A program made the position numbers and the translations under genes. Shown here one piece after another: positions 51,448 to 58,835 of a stretch of 64,000 nucleotides of DNA. Source of the stretch: an uncultured Bacteroidales bacterium (GTDB lineage: Bacteria; Bacteroidota; Bacteroidia; Bacteroidales; VadinHA17); assembly GCA_963828775.1 (NCBI GenBank), contig CAWHGX010000025.1, positions 41,377-105,376 of the forward strand, in the 5' to 3' direction. The number at the start of each line of letters is the position of its first letter. The stretch's first letter is position 1. Under the pieces are notes generated by a model, which worked only from the letters and a program-made list of their open reading frames with translations, did no database searches and was not told where the DNA came from.

Positions 51448-51484
51448 AAAGAGGCATGCTGTTCACAGCATGCCTCTTTTATTT
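51448..51484 (+). terminator. Intrinsic terminator of the trp attenuator
   Basis: Perfect 14-bp stem AAAGAGGCATGCTG (51448-51461) / CAGCATGCCTCTTT (51466-51479), loop TTCA, then TTTTATTT. Confidence 0.8.
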
Positions 51485-51517
51485 AGAAATTTCAATAACC
51501 ACTTATTAATTAAGACT

Positions 51518-52882
51518 ATGGAAAAGATCAGAAAAATTTTATTAAACGAAAGTGAAATGCCAAGGCAATGGTACAATATCGTGGCAGATATGCCAAATAA
51601 GCCCTTGCCGCCGCTTAATCCGGCAACCCGCGAACCTATAGGACCGGAAGCTCTTGCTCCCGTTTTCCCTATGGAGCTTATAAAACAGGAGGTCTCGGCA
51701 GAAAGGTATATTGATATACCGGATGAGGTCCTTGACCTCTACAGGACTTACCGCCCCTCTCCTATATTCCGTGCCTATAATCTTGAAAAGGCACTGGGTA
51801 CAAAAAGCAAAATCTATTATAAATATGAAGGTGGCAATTATTCGGGCTCTCATAAAGCCAACACTGCAATTGCACAGGCATATTACAACAAACAGGAAGG
51901 AATTAAGAGAATAACAACAGAAACCGGTGCCGGACAGTGGGGAAGCGCCATGAGTTTCGCCTGTCATCATTTCGATCTTGAACTGCTGGTCTTCATGGTA
52001 AAGGTCAGTTACAACCAGAAACCTGGCCGCAAGCTTATGATGAATGCCTATAATGCCAAGGTGATTCCATCGCCATCCACCATGACTGTCGCAGGCAGAA
52101 AAGTTCTTGAAGTGGATCCGGAATCTCCGGGAAGCCTGGGTATCGCGATTTCCGAAGCCATGGAGGTAGCAGTCGAAGATCCATATACCAAATATTCTCT
52201 TGGCAGCGTGCTGAACCATGTCATCCTTCACCAGACCATCATAGGACAGGAAGCACTGATCCAGATGGAAATGGCAGGTGATTATCCTGATGTGGTGATC
52301 GGATGCTTCGGAGGAGGATCAAACTTCTCGGGAATTGCATTTCCGTTCCTTCGCGAAAGGTTGGTTAACGGAAAGAATATAAGGCTGCTCACCGTTGAAC
52401 CTTCGTCATGTCCCAAACTTACGAAAGGCAAATTCATGTATGATTTTGGTGATTCGGCAGGGATGACACCTCTCCTTCCCATGTATACCCTCGGACATAA
52501 TTTTATCCCCGAGAAAATACATGCAGGCGGATTACGCTACCACGGTGCAGGAATACTTGTAAGTCAGCTCCTCAAGGATGGATTTATCGAGGCAAAGGCA
52601 AAGATGCAGAGAGAATGTTTTGAAGGTGGTGTGCTTTTTGCAAGGACAGAGGGCATTCTTCCCGCTCCCGAATCGAATTATGCCATTGCCGCCGCACTTG
52701 ATGAGGCACGAAAAGCTGACCTGGAAGGAGTTTCAAGGACTATACTTTTCAATCTTAGCGGTCACGGTCATTTCGACATTTCTGCCTATGAGAAGTATTT
52801 CGAGAACAACCTTCCCGATCACGAACTCACAAACACCGAGGTCGAACAGGCAATTTCAAAAATCGAATTTCCTGGCAATTAA
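51518..52882 (+). CDS. trpB2: TrpB2-type tryptophan synthase beta-chain-like PLP enzyme (stand-alone)
   Basis: The track start 51470 lies inside the terminator; the likely start is ATG 51518 (MEKIRKILLNESEMPRQWYN). It has the long TrpB2 N-terminus, the PLP-lysine motif GSHKANTA, and GGGSNFSG. No trpA is adjacent. Confidence 0.85.
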   Translation: MEKIRKILLNESEMPRQWYNIVADMPNKPLPPLNPATREPIGPEALAPVFPMELIKQEVSAERYIDIPDEVLDLYRTYRPSPIFRAYNLEKALGTKSKIYYKYEGGNYSGSHKANTAIAQAYYNKQEGIKRITTETGAGQWGSAMSFACHHFDLELLVFMVKVSYNQKPGRKLMMNAYNAKVIPSPSTMTVAGRKVLEVDPESPGSLGIAISEAMEVAVEDPYTKYSLGSVLNHVILHQTIIGQEALIQMEMAGDYPDVVIGCFGGGSNFSGIAFPFLRERLVNGKNIRLLTVEPSSCPKLTKGKFMYDFGDSAGMTPLLPMYTLGHNFIPEKIHAGGLRYHGAGILVSQLLKDGFIEAKAKMQRECFEGGVLFARTEGILPAPESNYAIAAALDEARKADLEGVSRTILFNLSGHGHFDISAYEKYFENNLPDHELTNTEVEQAISKIEFPGN

Positions 52883-52883
52883 A

Positions 52884-52949
52884 GATCTGCGACGATCTGC
52901 GTGATCAGCGGGAAACATAATAAGAGCTCCCCTGCAGATCCCGCAGATC
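52884..52949. terminator. Long imperfect inverted repeat between convergent genes (possible bidirectional terminator)
   Basis: GATCTGCG (52884-52891) and GATCTGC (52894-52900) pair with GCAGATC (52934-52940) and CGCAGATC (52942-52949). There is no clean U-tract. Confidence 0.45.
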
Positions 52950-52967
52950 AATACAGATGAAATATTT

Positions 52968-53771
52968 TTAAAAATCCGAATAATCTGTCGGATGTAACAG
53001 GTATGCATTTGGTTTTATGACCGTATTTGCATATTCTTCTTTTGCCCTGAGAGTCTTCCAGTCAGGATGATTTGAGAATGCAGCCCAGTGCTCCTTCTGT
53101 GATTGCATATTGGAATATGTGGTCATATACATAAGTCTGGGCTTCAGGCTTCCGAATAATACCTGACCATAAAATACGGCATTTGAGCCAATTTTTTCGA
53201 AGATAGCCATCTCGCCACCTTCGTTGAACATATGGATTTTCTTTGTGGCTTTTACCTCTGTCCAGCTCTCATAACTCCTTAATTCATAAATTCTTTCTCC
53301 CCGCGGAGTGGTAAAAGAAGGTGCCCTGAACTGTGGCATTAATGAGAAGGCCTTCATGAACACACTCTCATATCTTGTAAATGGAGCATCATTATATGGT
53401 GCGTCAAGGAAATCCTTCCCGGCCTGCTGGTAAACGGGATCGGTTTCAAGCTTTGTCAGAACCTGATTATATTGATCCATGGTTTCATACGGAATAAAGA
53501 CATACACCATCTTACCAAATGCCGTATCAGCCTCAACCGGTTTAAAAACACCAATGGCTGGAATACCTGCTTTATGCATTGCAGGAATGAATGCATCTTT
53601 CAGATACTTGTCAAAAATTGCATTCTTTCCCGGATCTTTCAACCGGTAAATTTTCAATTCATAGTACATCTGCTTTGCAGGCGGCGATGCAAAGATACCG
53701 GCTGAAAATGAAGCTAACAGGAGTACAGCCATAATGGCTGATCCGATCTTGAATAGGTTTAATTTTTTCAT
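52968..53771 (-). CDS. Secreted NIPSNAP-family protein (two NIPSNAP-like repeats)
   Basis: 267-aa ORF with a signal peptide. The repeats are MYYELKIYRLK.. and IYELRSYES... Confidence 0.7.
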   Translation of the reverse strand: MKKLNLFKIGSAIMAVLLLASFSAGIFASPPAKQMYYELKIYRLKDPGKNAIFDKYLKDAFIPAMHKAGIPAIGVFKPVEADTAFGKMVYVFIPYETMDQYNQVLTKLETDPVYQQAGKDFLDAPYNDAPFTRYESVFMKAFSLMPQFRAPSFTTPRGERIYELRSYESWTEVKATKKIHMFNEGGEMAIFEKIGSNAVFYGQVLFGSLKPRLMYMTTYSNMQSQKEHWAAFSNHPDWKTLRAKEEYANTVIKPNAYLLHPTDYSDF

Positions 53772-53786
53772 TGTATTCTGATTTTA

Positions 53787-53847
53787 GCCCCCTTCTGCGC
53801 CTTCGCGAAGCCGCTACGGCGTAGCAAGGTAGGGGGGATGGGGGGTT
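53787..53847 (-). repeat. C-run/G-run element (copy E6, sense with the upstream minus-strand gene)
   Basis: The minus strand reads TAA-CCCCCC-AT-CCCCCC-[39 nt with sub-hairpins GCTACGCCGTAGC and the palindrome CTTCGCGAAG]-GGGGG. It has the same stop-codon-abutting start as E3 (TAACCCCCATCCCCCC). Confidence 0.6.
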
Positions 53848-54932
53848 AGTACATTTTCGAAAATTGCTTAAATATTTTATTCGCTTTTACAGGAGTCATT
53901 TCCACTCCGGACTGAACATAAAATCTGTGTCGTAAAGTGATGGATTCTCCTTTTGACAGATTCCAGACTCTTTTCTCCTGTTTCGGATCATATGCATTCT
54001 GGCCCAGGTTATTAACAGAAAAGAGTCCGTATCCCCTGGCATGGGCATAGGCCGGATAACCAGGATTTCCTGGATGGTCAAAGATCCCGAATGCAATCGG
54101 TGTATTATCTTTGACACCTGCAAGATAAATCCAGTCATTTCGTGTACCCCATACAGCATCGCCTTTCAATCCCTGACTGGAGTAGTACATTCCTGTTACA
54201 CCGGTGTTATCAGTAGCTTTTACAGTGGTGGGATTACCCTTCTCATCTGTAAATATCAGTGATTCATTTGAAGGCATTTCAAACGCCCTGTCGACCCTGA
54301 TCGCAAAAAGTCCCTCCTTGTTGTCGGTTATTATTACAGGACCCTCTGTTGCTGTCAGAGTAGCAATATGATCTACGGTTCTTGATGATTTATCACCCGA
54401 AAAAATATATTTAGTATTCTCGACAAGCAGGGTTTTTCCCTTGTTATCTTTCCAGTCTGAAACAACTTCAAGAATTCCCCTTTTTCCCGTTTTCTGCTTT
54501 TAAAATTTCCCTGACAGCTATATGACCATAAGTATTTTTCTTATCCGCCGGTATTGCTGATGAATTATTCCAGAAATCGAGTCCGTTTATGTTTCCATGA
54601 TTAAACCATATCCCAACCTGGTGTGGATGGTCAATCCGTTCTCCTTTTCTGGGCTCAATAGGGAAACCTCTTGTAATAACTGATCCGTTTGGTGCATGAA
54701 CAGGATACAAAAAAGGCTTTTCAAAGTCAGCGGGATACCGGTATGTAGTAAAAATTGTGCCGTTTATATACACATTTACCATATTCTGCCCATCGAGCTT
54801 CTCCAGGCTTACTCCTTTTGTACGTGGTGACTGAGCTTCAATTACCAGTCCTGTTGCAAGTATTAAAACCTTTAAGGAAAAAAATACAGCAAACCACTTA
54901 CGGACTGATTTGATTTTGTCTGTTGGTTTCAT
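53846..54932 (-). pseudogene. PmoA-family (DUF6807-like) protein, one frameshift in a C4/G4 run
   Basis: ORF 54468..54932 (signal/TM, ..ERIDHPHQVGIWFNHGNINGLDFWN..) continues in the frame of ORF 53846..54277. That frame is open back to about 54480 (ILEVVSDWKDNKGKTLLVENTKYIFSGDKSSRTVDHIATLTATEGPVIITDNKEGLFAIRVDRAFEMPSNE..). Dropping one C of CCCC (54477-54480) joins ..ENGKKG|ILEVV... Confidence 0.75.
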
Positions 54933-54944
54933 AAATAATCTGGA

Positions 54945-56276
54945 TTAATACTGAAATATTTTCCCTCCGGCCATTACTTCCTGTGTCTTTTCATCAAATG
55001 TAGCCTTCTCTCCTGTTCTGAGACAGGCAGTGCACATTATGTTGGCAATTGAATGATTATAACCGGCAACAATATCGGCATTAGGCTTCTTACGATCGCG
55101 GACACACTCCATCCAGTTCCTCATATGGGCAGTTGTCATGGGATCACCTCCGGTATCGGCTGATGTTTCAATTCTCATAGCCGGCAGATCGAAAGGTTCA
55201 AGAAGGTTTGCCTGCATATTCATTGCTTTTGCTTCCCTGGCCTGCAGACCTCCCTCAGAGGTTATCTTGTTTGTATCGAGATTCATCATGCCGCCATTGG
55301 AGTAGTATAATTCCTTTGTACCGCCTGCGGAATTGGTAAAACGTGAGGAATAGACCACCTGGAAACCGGAATCAGGATTGGCTGGATCGCCATAGTCAAA
55401 TACTGCAGTCATGGTATCAAAATTAGTACGTCCATCTTTCCAGAAATAAATCCCGCCATTTGCAGCCACACTCCTGGGATGGGCAAGTTTGGTAAACCAA
55501 TGCACGGTATCTATCTGGTGAGCCATCCACTGACCGGGGATGCCGGAGGAATATGGCCAGAAAAGTCTGAATTCCAGATATTTCCTTGGATCAAATGCCT
55601 GCAGCGGACGGTTCAGCTGGTATCGTTTCCAGTCAGTATCAGTTTCCTTCAGGAGGGGAACTACATTGGGTCTTCTCCACCTGCCCGGCTGGTTCACATT
55701 CCAGGTCATCTCAACCATGACTATTTTTCCGAATTTTCCGGAATTAATATACTCATTGGCAGCTATATAATTTGGGGCACTGCGCCGCTGCGATCCTATC
55801 TGCACAATCTTACCTGTTTTCTGGACCGCCCTGAGTGCCACACGGGCATCAGCCATCGTTTCTGCAAATGGCTTTTCAACGTAGGCATCACGTCCTGCCC
55901 CGACAGCTTCAGCGCAGTGCAATGCATGCTGAAAATCAGCTGTACTGATAATCACTGCATCGGTATCCTTCCCGCTGAATAATTCATCATTATTGCGCGC
56001 AAGTCTCAGATTGATACCTTTTGCCTTATAGAACGTGTCAGCTTCTTCGCGGCGTTTACTCCAAATGTCGGAAAGAGCTGTAAACTCAAAATTAAGTTCC
56101 TTCGAAAGGCCTAGAAATGAAGGTGATAAAGCGCCTCTGAAACGATCTGAATATCCGATTATTCCAACACGGATCCTGTCGTTTGCTCCCTTTATGCGTG
56201 AATAGCTCTTTGCACCCAGTGTCAAACCAGCTGCTCCCAGGGCCGTTTTCTGAATAAATTCTCTGCGTGTTGCCAT
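54945..56276 (-). CDS. Gfo/Idh/MocA-family oxidoreductase with Tat signal
   Basis: 443-aa ORF with the twin-arginine signal MATRREFIQKTALGAAGLTLGA and the Rossmann motif RVGIIGYSDRF. Confidence 0.85.
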   Translation of the reverse strand: MATRREFIQKTALGAAGLTLGAKSYSRIKGANDRIRVGIIGYSDRFRGALSPSFLGLSKELNFEFTALSDIWSKRREEADTFYKAKGINLRLARNNDELFSGKDTDAVIISTADFQHALHCAEAVGAGRDAYVEKPFAETMADARVALRAVQKTGKIVQIGSQRRSAPNYIAANEYINSGKFGKIVMVEMTWNVNQPGRWRRPNVVPLLKETDTDWKRYQLNRPLQAFDPRKYLEFRLFWPYSSGIPGQWMAHQIDTVHWFTKLAHPRSVAANGGIYFWKDGRTNFDTMTAVFDYGDPANPDSGFQVVYSSRFTNSAGGTKELYYSNGGMMNLDTNKITSEGGLQAREAKAMNMQANLLEPFDLPAMRIETSADTGGDPMTTAHMRNWMECVRDRKKPNADIVAGYNHSIANIMCTACLRTGEKATFDEKTQEVMAGGKIFQY

Positions 56277-56413
56277 ATTATTTTACGTTTAGTTATAAGC
56301 CAGGAAGTAATTATATTGAGGTAAAAGTAAATTAAATAGAACTTATTAAGCAATTTTAGCCACGCTTTTTTTATTTTCAAAGTTTAAAATTTCTTAAAAA
56401 TATTTGAGGGATA

Positions 56414-56962
56414 ATGAAACGAATCCTAGTGGATATGGATGGTGTTCTTGTCGATATTTACACCAGGTTCTTTGAAATGCATGAAAAAGAGACCGGACAA
56501 AAGCTGTCAATAAGGGATATTGCCGGATTACTTGAGGCAGAAGCGTTTCCAAACCAGCGTGGATGGGTAAGCGCACCAGGCTTTTTCAGAAGTCTGCCGG
56601 TAATGCCCGGAAGCCGCGAAGCACTCCTGCACCTTCAGGATATTTATAAGATCATAGTTGTTTCCCTGGCTACGGAATTTCCTTATTGCCTGACAGATAA
56701 ACAGCTGTGGCTGTATGATAATTTTCCGTTCATCAGCTGGCAGCAAATAGTCTTTTGCGGTGATAAGAACATAATTAAAGCTGATATAATGATTGACGAC
56801 CATTTTAAAAATCTGGATCATTTTAAAGGTCAGACAATCATGTTTACCCAGCCTCATAACATGCTGATCAAAGACTCAAAACACACAAGAGTCAGCTCCT
56901 GGGCAGAAATTGAAAAGCTCCTTTTACCCGGTAGCGGGACAAAAGGAGCTTTATTAAGTTAA
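56414..56962 (+). CDS. 5'(3')-deoxyribonucleotidase-like HAD-superfamily phosphatase
   Basis: 182-aa ORF with the HAD motif I ILVDMDGVLVD and NT5C-like length and layout. Confidence 0.7.
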   Translation: MKRILVDMDGVLVDIYTRFFEMHEKETGQKLSIRDIAGLLEAEAFPNQRGWVSAPGFFRSLPVMPGSREALLHLQDIYKIIVVSLATEFPYCLTDKQLWLYDNFPFISWQQIVFCGDKNIIKADIMIDDHFKNLDHFKGQTIMFTQPHNMLIKDSKHTRVSSWAEIEKLLLPGSGTKGALLS

Positions 56963-56980
56963 AAAATTACCTGGATTACA

Positions 56981-58813
56981 CTACCAGCCTGGATTCTGGA
57001 CCAGGTTCGTATTCATTAATCTGTCAGCTTCAGGTATGGGATAATTATACATCTTATTTTCCCATGTTCTTGTAATTGTATTCAGCCAGGTCAATTCACC
57101 AAATGTATCATTCTTTAATCTTTGTGAATTAGGTTTACCTCCGCTTGTTGCAGAAACATTTATGTAGGTAACCCCTGATATACCGGGAGAAGGCTTGGTT
57201 CCCTGGTAAAAGGCTACATCAAGTACTCCGTCCTCGTTTAGGTCCATCGGTGTGATAAGTTCCGGCACATAGATTCCATTCCATTCCATCGTCAGCAATT
57301 CACCCCTCTTCCATCTCATTAAATCATAGAATCTTAAACCTTCCATGCATAATTCAATGCCTCTTTCCCTCCGGACCTCAAGAATTACAGGATCAGTAAT
57401 ATCAGGGAAGTATTTAGCTATGAGGTATGGATCCGCGACTGTGGGTTTTGCAGTTAAACCACCTGTAATACCGGCACGCGTTCTGAGCTTACCTATAGTA
57501 AGAGCCCATTCTTCATCGGTCAGTGTGCCCAGCTCGGCTTTGGCTTCAGCATAATTCAATAATACCTCTCCGTACCGGAAAAGTGATACAGAATTAATAT
57601 TAAGGTCCCTGGTATCATAATAAACATCATCGAGACTCCATTTAATTGGCTGGTACCCGGTATATGAATATGCAAAACTTGGTGGTGTGGATACAAGTAC
57701 TCCTCCGCTCAGTCTCTTATAATCGCCCATCCTTATTGTTTGCTGTAATCTTTTATCCCTGTTCTTGACTTCGTTCATAAAAAGCATGGTTTCATAGCCG
57801 GGAGTATCAGTAAAGGGAGTTCCATCGATTTTCAGATAGGTATTAATGAATGTACGGATAAAATTAAACCTGGTGCCTGTGGTTGAACTTGTGAAAATCC
57901 AGTTTGCAGTATGCAGCACGCTTAACGACAGGTCCATAATGTTTGCCATCATTATTTCATCAGCTACAGGGGAAGCATTGGTAAAAATCCTTCTGTATGA
58001 TCCGCTTGTTCCGGCGCCTTCATAAACTTTAAAACCAGATTCGTCCATAACTGTTTTTGCAGCATTGACAGCTTCAGTAAGCCATGTATTTGCTGAGGCT
58101 GTAAGTCCCAGTTCAGTATGGTATTTCCTGTAGGTTCCTTCATAAAGACAGATCCTCGATTTAAATGCATAAGCTACATATTTGGTTACGTGACTGCGTG
58201 TTGCGTCACTCGTAGTTTTAATATTCTGACAGGCATAATTAAGATCTGCCAGGACAGAGTCCATAACCAGCGTTCTGGGATCACGGGCTTTGGTAAGTTC
58301 GGGATCACCGACGTCAAGAGGCTTGTTGATCCAGGGAACATCCCCGTATCTTTTCACTTTCTCAAAATAAAACCATGCCCTGAAGAACTTTGCAAGTCCC
58401 AGATAATGTCTGCGGACATCAACGGGGATTTTGCCACTTAGTTCAGAATTACTGCAGTTCACAATGAAGTAATTTATATTTCTCAATGATGTCCAAACCC
58501 AGTTGGCATCACCTCCAAAAGCAACTGAAGAGTAAGCTGATTCGTTAGTTATATCAGTGGAGGTTGGTGTATATGAACCCGCCACCAGAAATGCAGGGGC
58601 ATCTCTCCTGGCTGCATAGTCGGTCATACAATCTGCACGGTACACGCCGCTACCGCTGGGAAGCATATTATAAAAGGAGTAAGCAAATAACTCCAGACCC
58701 TTTTCGCTGCCGAATACCGATTCCTTCGATGCAGTAGCCTCAGGTAGTTGTTCCAGTTCACAGCCTGCAAGAATGGCAGTTATTAGGATAAAAAACCAAT
58801 ATATTTTTTTCAT
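56981..58813 (-). CDS. susD: SusD/RagB-family lipoprotein (PUL-3)
   Basis: 610-aa ORF with lipobox LAGC. It has ..MEGLRFYDLMRW.. and ends ..VQNPGW. Confidence 0.9.
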   Translation of the reverse strand: MKKIYWFFILITAILAGCELEQLPEATASKESVFGSEKGLELFAYSFYNMLPSGSGVYRADCMTDYAARRDAPAFLVAGSYTPTSTDITNESAYSSVAFGGDANWVWTSLRNINYFIVNCSNSELSGKIPVDVRRHYLGLAKFFRAWFYFEKVKRYGDVPWINKPLDVGDPELTKARDPRTLVMDSVLADLNYACQNIKTTSDATRSHVTKYVAYAFKSRICLYEGTYRKYHTELGLTASANTWLTEAVNAAKTVMDESGFKVYEGAGTSGSYRRIFTNASPVADEIMMANIMDLSLSVLHTANWIFTSSTTGTRFNFIRTFINTYLKIDGTPFTDTPGYETMLFMNEVKNRDKRLQQTIRMGDYKRLSGGVLVSTPPSFAYSYTGYQPIKWSLDDVYYDTRDLNINSVSLFRYGEVLLNYAEAKAELGTLTDEEWALTIGKLRTRAGITGGLTAKPTVADPYLIAKYFPDITDPVILEVRRERGIELCMEGLRFYDLMRWKRGELLTMEWNGIYVPELITPMDLNEDGVLDVAFYQGTKPSPGISGVTYINVSATSGGKPNSQRLKNDTFGELTWLNTITRTWENKMYNYPIPEADRLMNTNLVQNPGW

Positions 58814-58835
58814 AACCTGAAATTTTAAAAGTTAA

